A DNA stretch of 32,542 nt from Burkholderiales bacterium (GTDB taxonomy: Bacteria; Pseudomonadota; Gammaproteobacteria; Burkholderiales; Burkholderiaceae_E). The translations under genes were made by a program, and so were the position numbers. The DNA is taken from contig JANORY010001020.1 of NCBI GenBank assembly GCA_031415535.1, forward strand, positions 1 to 32,542. The letters are read 5' to 3'. The notes under the pieces were generated by a model. That model worked only from the letters and a program-made list of their open reading frames with translations, ran no database searches and was not told the DNA's origin. Of this stretch, positions 23,008-32,542 are shown one piece after another. The first letter of the stretch is position 1. Each line of letters starts with the position of its first letter.

Positions 23008-23850
23008 CTAGCTGCCGTCGGCCTTGGCGGCAGCGGTACCGTCGGCATTAACATCGGGCTGAGACGGCGCGCGGCTCACCGAGGTAATGAAGCCGGCCAG
23101 AAAAATTCCCAACTCATACAGAATGCAGAGCGGGATCGCCAGCATGAATTGACTAAGCACATCGGGCGGGGTCAAGACGGCGGCGACCACAAACGCACCC
23201 ACCACGACATAACGTCGCGCGTCTTTCAGTTGCTGGGTAGTAACCATGCCCAATTTGACCAGCAACATTTCGACCACCGGCACCTCGAAGGTCAGCCCGA
23301 AGCCAAAAAATATGGACAAGGTAAAGTCCCAGTACTTTTGCAAATCCTGCATCGTCTCCGCTCCGGTACTGGCCGAGAACGAGATAAAGAACTTGTAAGC
23401 CGCTGGCAGAACGAACAGATAAGCAAAGGTTATGCCCACGACCATAAAAAACACACTCGACACAATCAGCGGCAAAGCGAAGCGCTTCTCATGTTCGTAT
23501 AGCCCCGGCGCAACGAACGCCCAGGCCTGGTACAGCACCCACGGCAACGAGCACAGCAAGGCGGCCAGAAAGGACATTTTTGTCAGGGTGAAGAACGCCC
23601 CAGCCTGATCAGTAAAGATCGGTTTGGTTCCTTTGGGCAGGGCCTCGTAAAGTGGCTGCGATAAAAATCGCATCAACTCACCAGAGAAGTAGAAACAAAC
23701 ACCAAACAGGATCAGCACCACGATCAGTGACTTGATCATCCGATCGCGCAGCTCGACCAGGTGCGACAGGAAACTTTCATCGCCGGCCGTGCCTGCGCCA
23801 GTGCCGGCAGCGTTGCCGCTCTTACGATTTCCAAGCCACTTCAATGCCAT
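23008..23850 (-). CDS. tatC: Twin-arginine translocase subunit TatC
   Basis: It is a six-TM protein. HLVELRDRMIKSLIVVLILF is the conserved TatC N-terminal motif. It sits downstream of tatA-tatB. Confidence 0.95.
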   Translation of the reverse strand: MALKWLGNRKSGNAAGTGAGTAGDESFLSHLVELRDRMIKSLIVVLILFGVCFYFSGELMRFLSQPLYEALPKGTKPIFTDQAGAFFTLTKMSFLAALLCSLPWVLYQAWAFVAPGLYEHEKRFALPLIVSSVFFMVVGITFAYLFVLPAAYKFFISFSASTGAETMQDLQKYWDFTLSIFFGFGLTFEVPVVEMLLVKLGMVTTQQLKDARRYVVVGAFVVAAVLTPPDVLSQFMLAIPLCILYELGIFLAGFITSVSRAPSQPDVNADGTAAAKADGS

Positions 23851-23862
23851 GCGTTTCTGCCT

Positions 23863-24480
23863 TTAGTGCGGCGCTGAAGCCATTGGCGCTGAGGCGAGCG
23901 GCTTGGCCTCAAGTGCAGCGGAATCGTACCGAGCAGCCTCATTGGCCATCGCTTCGAACAGCTTTGGCTGCGCCGCTTCGACGCTCGCCTCGACGGGGGT
24001 TGCCAGCGGGGTCGCCAGCACGGGTTCAGGCTCGGGTCGGGTAAAGCGCAAGTAGGCGCGCTTCGGGCGCTTGTGGCCCAGCTCTTTGGAGCGCTCAATG
24101 CGGCGATCCTTGATCCGCTCGCGGACTCGGCGAGCGGCGTAAATTCGATCCCAGTCGGTTCGAGGTTCTTCGGTTGTTGTACTGGCAGCACCTTCGAAGG
24201 CGGCATTCAGCGACGACAATTCACCGGCGGTTTCAGAGACCACGTTGTCGACCGAATTCTTCAGGCTCTGAGCCGCCTCCTTGACATCGTCCTGGATCTT
24301 GCGCAATTCGTCGATCTGCATCTGCCGGTTGATATCACTTTTGACATCGTCGACATAACGACGCAATTTGCCCAGCCACTCGCCGGCCTGGCGCGCCACC
24401 TTCGGCAATCGCTCGGGGCCGATGACAACCAGCGCCACCACGGCGATGATCATCATCTCAGTAAAGCCAATATCAAACAT
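23863..24480 (-). CDS. tatB: Twin-arginine translocase subunit TatB
   Basis: MFDIGFTEMMIIAVVALVVIGPERLPKVARQAGEWLGKLRRY is the TatB TM plus amphipathic helix. It is followed by a long acidic/Ala-rich tail. Confidence 0.88.
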   Translation of the reverse strand: MFDIGFTEMMIIAVVALVVIGPERLPKVARQAGEWLGKLRRYVDDVKSDINRQMQIDELRKIQDDVKEAAQSLKNSVDNVVSETAGELSSLNAAFEGAASTTTEEPRTDWDRIYAARRVRERIKDRRIERSKELGHKRPKRAYLRFTRPEPEPVLATPLATPVEASVEAAQPKLFEAMANEAARYDSAALEAKPLASAPMASAPH

Positions 24481-24544
24481 GTGAAGTGGACGCTAGGATT
24501 TCAAGGCGGTCAGCAACCCGTGCAGCCGTCGAAAAGAGAGGCTC

Positions 24545-24766
24545 CTAACGCTTTTCCCGTGCTTGCACGTCAATCGTTTTGGCAGCGGCCGAGCTGGTGT
24601 CGTCGACGGCCTTTTCGACCGAGGCCGCGCCGTCCTTGACGCCTTCCTTGAATCCCTTGACCGCACCACCCAGGTCGGAACCTATGTTGCGCAACTTCTT
24701 AGTACCAAAAATCAGCATGATGATGACCAGCACAATCAGCCAGTGCCAAATACTTAACGAACCCAT
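24545..24766 (-). CDS. tatA: Twin-arginine translocase subunit TatA
   Basis: [42 protein letters not shown] matches TatA/E. The protein is 73 aa. Confidence 0.92.
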   Translation of the reverse strand: MGSLSIWHWLIVLVIIMLIFGTKKLRNIGSDLGGAVKGFKEGVKDGAASVEKAVDDTSSAAAKTIDVQAREKR

Positions 24767-24804
24767 TGTTCGCTCCTGAAAATTCGAGATTAATCCTTAA
24801 CGGA

Positions 24805-25170
24805 TCAGGCCGCCGGAGGTTTCATCCCCGAGCGTAACGGCTCCGATCCGGACATCAGATGAGCGTGTAGATGATACACCTCCTGCCGCCCGACCCGCCC
24901 ATTGTTGATGACAACCCGAAAACCGTCGTTGCAAGCTTGCGATTTCGCCAATTCGCCGGACATTCCGAGCATTTTGCCCAACATTAACTGATGTTTCATG
25001 TCGGCATCGTAGAGATTTTCGACATGCAGCTTCGGGATCATCAGCAGGTGTACCGGTGCGGAAGGGTTGATGTCATGAAAAACCAGAATGTCATCATCTT
25101 CGAAGACTTTCCGGCTGGGAATCTGGCCTGCCGCAATTTTGCAGAAGATACAGTCGGGCTTAAAACTCAC
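24805..25170 (-). CDS. HIT-family (histidine triad, HinT-like) nucleotide hydrolase
   Basis: [13 protein letters not shown] is the N-terminal motif, and the histidine triad is YHLHAHL. The GTG start overlaps the hisE stop (GTGA at 25167-25170). Confidence 0.9.
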   Translation of the reverse strand: MSFKPDCIFCKIAAGQIPSRKVFEDDDILVFHDINPSAPVHLLMIPKLHVENLYDADMKHQLMLGKMLGMSGELAKSQACNDGFRVVINNGRVGRQEVYHLHAHLMSGSEPLRSGMKPPAA

Positions 25171-25520
25171 GGTTGCTCCTTACTCGGCAGTGTACGCAGG
25201 GCAAATTCATCCAATCCGGACAAGCCCTCGCGGCGCGCCAACTCGCCCAAGACATCGGCCGCCGACAGATCATAGTGCGCCAGCATGACCAGGCAATGAA
25301 ACCACAAATCAGCGGTCTCGGAAACAATCCGCGCATGCGCGCCGTCCTTGGCCGCCATGATTGTTTCGCAAGCTTCTTCGCCGATCTTTTTCAGAATGGC
25401 GTCTTCGCCTTTGCTGAACAAGCGGGCAACGTAGGACTGCTCGGGATCAGCACCTTTGCGCGACTCGATCACCTTACCCAACCGGCTTAAGGTATCGATC
25501 GCTTTAGCTTCCTGGTTCAC
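25167..25520 (-). CDS. hisE: Phosphoribosyl-ATP pyrophosphatase
   Basis: [32 protein letters not shown]...[18 protein letters not shown] matches HisE (MazG-like). The start is GTG at 25520, at the end of the his operon. Confidence 0.88.
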   Translation of the reverse strand: MNQEAKAIDTLSRLGKVIESRKGADPEQSYVARLFSKGEDAILKKIGEEACETIMAAKDGAHARIVSETADLWFHCLVMLAHYDLSAADVLGELARREGLSGLDEFALRTLPSKEQP

Positions 25521-25535
25521 TCTTCCTGGTTCACT
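25508..25535. repeat. Perfect 14-bp tandem duplication (cttcctggttcact x2) spanning the hisE start codon
   Basis: Copy 1 is 25508-25521 and copy 2 is 25522-25535, and they are identical. On the minus strand each copy carries GTGAACCAGGAAG. Confidence 0.9.
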
Positions 25536-25568
25536 GATTGCCGGCCTCTGTTTGTAAAGAATGCCGGC

Positions 25569-26105
25569 TTATTTGTAAATAAGCTCGGGATCCTTGACGA
25601 CCGGATCGGTAATCACCCACTGATTATTGGCCAGTTTGTGAAAGAAGCAGGCCTCACGACCGGTATGACAGGCCAGGCCGCCGACCTGATCAACCAGCAA
25701 CAGAATCACATCGCCGTCACAATCGAGCCGCAATTCGTTGACCAGTTGAATATGCCCGGACTCCTCGCCCTTGTGCCAGAGCCGTGCGCGTGATCTCGAC
25801 CAATACACCGCCTTGCCGGTCACTGCCGTCAATTGCAAGGCCTCGCGATTCATCCAGGCGACCATCAGGATTCGTTTGCTGCTCGCATCCTGGGCAATCG
25901 CGGTGCACAGCCCCTTCGCGTCCCATTTGACGGCGTCCAACCAGCCCGGCGCGTGCGCTACCGGCCGCGCACCGGGACCGTCGGCGCTATCGGACTCTTG
26001 GGCGAGCGCAACCGCAGCAGTAGTAGCGGAAGCAGTAGCACCACTAGTAGTAGCGGCAGCATTACCAGCAGCAGTAGCGGCAGTATTAGTAACTAGGGTG
26101 GTCAT
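25569..26105 (-). CDS. hisI: Phosphoribosyl-AMP cyclohydrolase with a Thr/Ala-rich N-terminal extension of about 50 aa
   Basis: ORF 25569..26222 is trimmed to the ATG at 26105, 17 nt after the hisF stop. The conserved core is [19 protein letters not shown]...[10 protein letters not shown]...[16 protein letters not shown]...DCDGD. It is preceded by [30 protein letters not shown]. The true start is uncertain. Confidence 0.85.
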   Translation of the reverse strand: MTTLVTNTAATAAGNAAATTSGATASATTAAVALAQESDSADGPGARPVAHAPGWLDAVKWDAKGLCTAIAQDASSKRILMVAWMNREALQLTAVTGKAVYWSRSRARLWHKGEESGHIQLVNELRLDCDGDVILLLVDQVGGLACHTGREACFFHKLANNQWVITDPVVKDPELIYK

Positions 26106-26121
26106 GATAAAAGTACCCGGA

Positions 26122-26883
26122 TCAGTCGAGGCGGACGGCAATGCCCTGGTCGGCCATGAACCGTTTTGCCTGCCCCACAGTGTACTCGCCGAAGTGAAAG
26201 ATACTGGCCGCCAATACGGCATTGGCCCGACCTACGGTCACGCCGTCCGCCAGGTGTTGCAAGCTACCGACTCCGCCAGAGGCAATCACCGGAATTCCGA
26301 CCGCATCGGCAACGGCACGGGTGATCGCCAGATCAAAGCCTTGTCTGGTACCGTCGCGATCCATACTGGTCAAAAGAATCTCGCCCGCGCCCAGGCGCTC
26401 AAGCTCGCGAGCCCAATCGATTGCGTCGAGCCCGGTATTGTTTCGCCCACCGTGGGTAAAGACCTGCCAATGACCGGCCTGAGTCTCCTTTGCATCAATG
26501 GCGCAGACAATACACTGCGCGCCGTACCGTTCGCTCGCGTCGCGAATCAGCGCCGGGTTCTGGATGCCAGCGGTGTTGATTGAAACCTTGTCAGCACCGG
26601 CATTGAGCAGCCGACGTACGTCCGCAACGCTGCGTACCCCGCCACCGACCGTCAAAGGAATAAAAACCTGATCGGCGACTGCTTCGATGACATGCAAGAT
26701 CATGTCACGCGCATCGCTGGAAGCGGTAATGTCGAGAAAAGTCAGCTCGTCGGCACCTTCGCCGTCATAGCGCCGGGCAATTTCGACCGGATCACCAGCA
26801 TCGCGCAACGCGACGAAATTAACGCCCTTGACCACCCGCCCCGCAGTGACATCAAGACACGGAATAATTCGCCGCGTCAGCAA
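26122..26883 (-). CDS. hisF: Imidazole glycerol phosphate synthase cyclase subunit
   Basis: [34 protein letters not shown]... is the canonical HisF sequence. The protein is 253 aa. Confidence 0.96.
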   Translation of the reverse strand: MLTRRIIPCLDVTAGRVVKGVNFVALRDAGDPVEIARRYDGEGADELTFLDITASSDARDMILHVIEAVADQVFIPLTVGGGVRSVADVRRLLNAGADKVSINTAGIQNPALIRDASERYGAQCIVCAIDAKETQAGHWQVFTHGGRNNTGLDAIDWARELERLGAGEILLTSMDRDGTRQGFDLAITRAVADAVGIPVIASGGVGSLQHLADGVTVGRANAVLAASIFHFGEYTVGQAKRFMADQGIAVRLD

Positions 26884-26970
26884 AGCAATAACCTAGGCGT
26901 CAGGCCGATCGATGTGAGCCAGTTGTGCTTGCCCATGACACTGTCGGGCTTAACGATGACCCCGACAGCC

Positions 26971-27711
26971 TTAGCCATTGAGCTCGTCGGCGCGGGCCTG
27001 CGCGTCAACAAAATTGATTTGCCCTTCATACAGCGCGCGGCCAAGGATCGCCGCCTGCACGCCGTCGGCTTCAAGCGCGCAGAGTTTTTCGATATCGGCC
27101 ATGGCTGCAATGCCACCGGAGGCGAACACCGGCACCTTCAGCGCCTTGGCCAGGCGCTGGGTCGCTTCAACGTTAAAGCCGGTGAGCATGCCGTCGCGTC
27201 CAATGTCGGTGTAGATGACGCCTTCAATACCGTAGTCTTCAAACTTGCGGGCCAGATCAAGCACATCATGCCCGGTCAGTTTGCTCCAGCCGTCGGTCGC
27301 CACCTTGCCATCGCGCGCATCGAGGCCGACCAGCACACTACCCGGGAACGCGCCGCAGGCATCATGCAGCAAGCCGGGATTCTTGACCGCTGCGGTACCG
27401 ATGATGACAAACTCCAGCCCGCCATCCAAGTAGCGCTCGATCGTGTCAAGATCACGGATACCGCCACCGAGTTGCACGGGAATCGCACCGTCCACCTCCC
27501 TGAGAATGGATCGGATCGCCGCTTCGTTCTTCGGTTTGCCGGCAATCGCGCCGTTCAAATCGACCAGGTGCAGACGTCGCGCACCTTGCTCGAGCCAATG
27601 CCTGGCCATCTCGGCCGGATCTTCGGCAAATACGGTAACGTCGTTCATGTCGCCTTGGCGCAAGCGCACACAACGACCATCTTTGAGGTCAATAGCAGGT
27701 ATCAGCAACAT
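26971..27711 (-). CDS. hisA: ProFAR isomerase
   Basis: [22 protein letters not shown]...LHLVDLNGA...QLGGGIR matches HisA. The protein is 246 aa. Confidence 0.95.
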   Translation of the reverse strand: MLLIPAIDLKDGRCVRLRQGDMNDVTVFAEDPAEMARHWLEQGARRLHLVDLNGAIAGKPKNEAAIRSILREVDGAIPVQLGGGIRDLDTIERYLDGGLEFVIIGTAAVKNPGLLHDACGAFPGSVLVGLDARDGKVATDGWSKLTGHDVLDLARKFEDYGIEGVIYTDIGRDGMLTGFNVEATQRLAKALKVPVFASGGIAAMADIEKLCALEADGVQAAILGRALYEGQINFVDAQARADELNG

Positions 27712-27750
27712 GGGCGCAAATCTTCAAGTGATCTTAAGTCCAGCGGCCGG

Positions 27751-28389
27751 TCAGGGTCGCCAATCGACGAAGTTTTGATAAAGGCGGAGGCCGGCGGCAG
27801 CACTTTTTTCCGGATGAAATTGCGTAGCGAAAATATTATCGCTGGCGACCGCGCAGGTAAAGCTCAAACCGTATTCGCAGCGACCAACCGTCTGATTTTT
27901 CTGCTCGGGCGCTGCAAAATAGCTGTGCACAAAGTAAAAGTAGCTGTCCTGCCGGATCCCTTCCCACAAGGGGTGCGCGGCACACTGGTGAACCCGGTTC
28001 CAGCCCATGTGCGGCACCTTCAAGCGCTGGCCGTCGGCCAAGCGCATGGATTCGGCGGGAAATTTCAGCACCGGTCCGGGTAACAGTCCGAGCCCTCGGG
28101 TATCGGCCTCTTCGCTCCAGTCGAACAACATTTGCTCGCCGACACAGACGCCAAACAGGGGTTTGCTGGCCGCCACCTTGATGACGGTGTCGCGCAGGCC
28201 GGACTGATCCAGGTAACGCATGCAGTCGCGCATCGCGCCCTGACCCGGCAGAACCACGCGGTCTGCAGACAGTATTTCTTCGATCGAACTGGAGATGATC
28301 ACCCGATGTTTTGGCGCAACCTTCTCGAACGCTTTGGCTACCGAGCGCAAATTTCCCATGCCATAGTCAACCACTGCAATGCAGCTCAT
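27751..28389 (-). CDS. hisH: Imidazole glycerol phosphate synthase glutamine amidotransferase subunit
   Basis: ORF 27751..28539 is trimmed to the ATG at 28389, 10 nt after the hisB stop. Motifs are [33 protein letters not shown] (nucleophile Cys) and ATQFHPEKS. Confidence 0.93.
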   Translation of the reverse strand: MSCIAVVDYGMGNLRSVAKAFEKVAPKHRVIISSSIEEILSADRVVLPGQGAMRDCMRYLDQSGLRDTVIKVAASKPLFGVCVGEQMLFDWSEEADTRGLGLLPGPVLKFPAESMRLADGQRLKVPHMGWNRVHQCAAHPLWEGIRQDSYFYFVHSYFAAPEQKNQTVGRCEYGLSFTCAVASDNIFATQFHPEKSAAAGLRLYQNFVDWRP

Positions 28390-28399
28390 AAGGTATGTG

Positions 28400-28987
28400 C
28401 TAGAGCGTTTCCTTGGTCGAGGGTATGCGGCCGGCAGCGCGCGCATCTGGTTCGACCGCCATCCGCAGCGCCCGCGCGAACGCCTTGAAAATCGTTTCAC
28501 ATTGATGATGCGCATTTTCGCCGCGCAAATTATCGACATGCAGGGTCATCAGCGCATGATTCACCAGACCTTGAAAGAACTCATGCGCCAGATCGACGTC
28601 AAACGCGCCGATCATCGCGCGCTTGAATTCAACATGCCACTCAAGGCCCGGTCGACCCGAAAAGTCAATCACGACTCGCGATAAAGCCTCGTCAAGCGGC
28701 ACATAGGCATGGCCATAACGCCGAATGCCTTTTTTGTCGCCGATCGCCTGGGCGAGTGCCTGACCCATGGTGATGCCGATGTCCTCAACCGTGTGGTGTG
28801 CATCGATGTGCAGATCGCCGACCGCGCGAATTTCAAGATCGATCATGCCGTGACGGGCAATCTGATCGAGCATATGATCCAGAAACGGCACACCCGAGGC
28901 GAGCTGTTGCTGGCCGGTGCCGTCCAGATTCACCGAAACGGTAATCTGGGTTTCGGCGGTGTTGCGGGTAACCGTCGCTTTGCGCAT
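28400..28987 (-). CDS. hisB: Imidazoleglycerol-phosphate dehydratase (monofunctional)
   Basis: ORF 28400..29212 is trimmed to the ATG at 28987, 11 nt after the hisD stop. Motifs are [41 protein letters not shown] and [19 protein letters not shown]. Confidence 0.93.
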   Translation of the reverse strand: MRKATVTRNTAETQITVSVNLDGTGQQQLASGVPFLDHMLDQIARHGMIDLEIRAVGDLHIDAHHTVEDIGITMGQALAQAIGDKKGIRRYGHAYVPLDEALSRVVIDFSGRPGLEWHVEFKRAMIGAFDVDLAHEFFQGLVNHALMTLHVDNLRGENAHHQCETIFKAFARALRMAVEPDARAAGRIPSTKETL

Positions 28988-28998
28988 AGGCCTTGATT

Positions 28999-30294
28999 CT
29001 AATCGAGACGTAACTCGGCGCTGCGCGCATGCGCCGCCAGCCCTTCGCCGTGCGCCAGGATTGCCGCCAGGCTGCCGAGGGTTTGTGCGCCCGCCGCCGA
29101 CACTTCGATGATGCTGGAGCGCTTCTGAAAGTCGTAAACACCCAAGGGCGACGAAAAGCGCGCGGTCCGCATAGTCGGCAACACATGGTTCGGCCCGGCA
29201 AAATAGTCGCAAATCGACTCTGAAGAATAGGGCCCGAGAAACATCGCGCCAGCGTGGCGAATGTGTTCGGACAGCTCGCGCGCGTTAATCGTTGAGATCT
29301 CCAGGTGCTCGGCGGCAATTTCATTGGCAATCGCGCAGGCCTGCGCGAGATCGCGGACCTTGATCAGCGCGCCGCGATCGGCTAATGATTTTCGAATGAT
29401 GTCCTGCCGAGGCATGGTCGGCAACAACTTTTCGATCGAACCATATACGGCCTCGATAAACGCGGACTCCGGGCACAACAGGATGGACTGCGCCAGTTCG
29501 TCATGCTCGGCTTGCGAGAACAGATCCATCGCGATCCAGTCGGGATCGGTCTTGCCATCGCAGATGATCAAAATTTCGCTCGGACCAGCGATCATGTCTA
29601 TGCCAACCACACCAAACACCCGACGCTTGGCCTCGGCGACATAGGCATTGCCAGGTCCGACGATCTTGTCGACCTTGGGCACCGACTTGGTACCGTAGGC
29701 CAGGGCCGCAATCGCCTGCGCACCACCCAGCGTAAATACCCGATCAACCCCGGCGATCGCCGCTGCCGCCAGAACCATCGGATTGCGCACGCCATCCGGG
29801 GTTGGCGTCACCATGACAATTTCTCCGACGCCGGCCACCTTGGCCGGAATCGCGTTCATCAAGACCGATGACGGGTAGGCCGCCTTACCGCCCGGCACAT
29901 AGATGCCGACCCGATCAAGCGCAGTGATTTTTTGGCCAAGCCGCGTGCCGTCGCTTTCAACATAAGACCAGGACTCGGCCCGCTGCCGATCGTGAAAACT
30001 GCGCACCCGCGCTGCCGCCTGCTCAAGCGCCTGGCGTTGCGCGACCGGCAGCTTGTCTCGCGCGGACTTGAGCTCAGGGCGCGGCAACTCGAATTGGCTG
30101 GCCGCCGCCAGGCTCATACGGTCGAATCGAAGGGTGTATTCCAGCAGCGCGGCATCGCCACGCTGACGCACATCGGCGATGATGTCGGCGACCACGCGCG
30201 CAACCGACGCGTCTTGCGACGGCTCATAGGCCAACAAAGCTGCCAACTGGTCATTGAAGTCGGCAGCGCTTGAATCGAGTCGATTAATCAACAT
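28999..30294 (-). CDS. hisD: Histidinol dehydrogenase
   Basis: ORF 28999..30363 is trimmed to the ATG at 30294, 10 nt after the hisG stop. It contains conserved HisD blocks ([47 protein letters not shown]). Confidence 0.95.
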   Translation of the reverse strand: MLINRLDSSAADFNDQLAALLAYEPSQDASVARVVADIIADVRQRGDAALLEYTLRFDRMSLAAASQFELPRPELKSARDKLPVAQRQALEQAAARVRSFHDRQRAESWSYVESDGTRLGQKITALDRVGIYVPGGKAAYPSSVLMNAIPAKVAGVGEIVMVTPTPDGVRNPMVLAAAAIAGVDRVFTLGGAQAIAALAYGTKSVPKVDKIVGPGNAYVAEAKRRVFGVVGIDMIAGPSEILIICDGKTDPDWIAMDLFSQAEHDELAQSILLCPESAFIEAVYGSIEKLLPTMPRQDIIRKSLADRGALIKVRDLAQACAIANEIAAEHLEISTINARELSEHIRHAGAMFLGPYSSESICDYFAGPNHVLPTMRTARFSSPLGVYDFQKRSSIIEVSAAGAQTLGSLAAILAHGEGLAAHARSAELRLD

Positions 30295-30304
30295 AGCGTT
30301 GATT

Positions 30305-32250
<1,946 letters not shown>

Positions 32251-32493
32251 TCAGGCGCGCTTGGCCGCATATTCGGCAGGCGTGAGCGTCTGCATCGACA
32301 AGGCGTGAATTTCAGCACGCATCCGGTCACCGAGCGCGGCGTAGACGAGTTGATGTCGCTGGATCAAGCGCTTGCCCTCGAATAAGCCGGAGACAATCAC
32401 CGCCTCGAAATGTTGCCCGTCGCCACTGACTTCAAGTTGTTCACAGGCCAGGCCTTCGGCAATGTAGCTGCGAACGTTTTCAGGTGTAACCAT
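32251..32493 (-). CDS. ibaG: BolA-family protein (IbaG/YrbA-like) upstream of murA
   Basis: The 80-aa protein contains GDGQHFEAVIVSGLFEGKRLIQRHQLVYAALGDRMRAEIHALSMQT, which matches BolA-family signatures (F.G....RH..V...L...IHAL). Its position directly upstream of murA is the same as for E. coli ibaG. Confidence 0.8.
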   Translation of the reverse strand: MVTPENVRSYIAEGLACEQLEVSGDGQHFEAVIVSGLFEGKRLIQRHQLVYAALGDRMRAEIHALSMQTLTPAEYAAKRA

Positions 32494-32500
32494 GTGCTTG

Positions 32501-32542
32501 GCGTTTCAGGAGGTTCTGCGTTTCAGGGGTTCTACGTTTTAG
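32501..32542. repeat. Tandem direct repeats of about 17 bp (gcgtttcagg[a]ggttct) upstream of the ibaG-murA unit, cut by the window edge
   Basis: The copies are 32501-32517 (gcgtttcaggaggttct), 32518-32533 (gcgtttcaggggttct) and a partial third copy at 32534-32542 (acgttttag). A related acgttttcaggtgt lies at 32474-32487 inside the first codons. Confidence 0.7.

Noticed and set aside
25771-26583. A 270-aa plus-strand ORF
   Set aside because: It is antisense to hisI and hisF. It is a low-complexity shadow frame.
26941-26968. An 8-bp stem (ctgtcggg ... cccgacag) in the 87-nt hisF-hisA spacer
   Set aside because: It is short enough to be chance, has no T-run, and lies within an operon. It could be an mRNA-stability hairpin, but the sequence alone gives no support.
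26692-28083. A 463-aa plus-strand ORF, the fourth-longest ORF in the window
   Set aside because: It lies antisense to the clearly recognisable hisF, hisA and hisH genes. Its composition is rich in Arg, Gly and Ala and it has no motifs, so it is a typical high-GC shadow ORF.

Overview
The window looks like a betaproteobacterial chromosome, judged from gene order and roughly 60% GC by eye; this taxonomic call is an inference. It splits into a conserved core and an accessory part.

Core (about 16.0-32.5 kb): tRNA-Thr(UGU), sspB-sspA, petCBA (cytochrome bc1), mscL, an HtrA/DegS-like protease, tatCBA, a HIT protein, hisE-I-F-A-H-B-D-G, murA and a BolA/IbaG-like gene. Most of these are tightly packed or overlap on the minus strand.

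Accessory part (1-16 kb), from left to right:
- a repeat-rich secreted lipoprotein hydrolase;
- a WD40-repeat gene relic;
- a translationally coupled three-gene operon (2109-4840) encoding two predicted lipoproteins and a small protein, none with a domain I can recognise;
- an ORF-poor, apparently decayed tract of about 1 kb;
- an orphan phage-type endolysin (PG-binding plus M15 peptidase);
- a frameshifted gene fragment;
- a 277-bp element bounded by a 33/34 inverted repeat whose right arm contains the start codon of a PD-(D/E)XK nuclease / Fe-S DinG-XPD helicase fusion gene;
- a NIPSNAP gene;
- an arn-like but non-canonical polyprenyl-phosphate amino-sugar transfer cluster (methyltransferase, GT2, small EamA/ArnE-like protein, DegT aminotransferase, SDR epimerase/dehydratase, GT-C transferase) that ends at the 3' side of the tRNA.

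The best candidates for something undescribed are the orphan lipoprotein operon and the inverted-repeat element fused to the nuclease-helicase start. I saw no CRISPR array, rRNA gene, integrase or transposase. All family calls come from motif recognition by eye, not from database searches.
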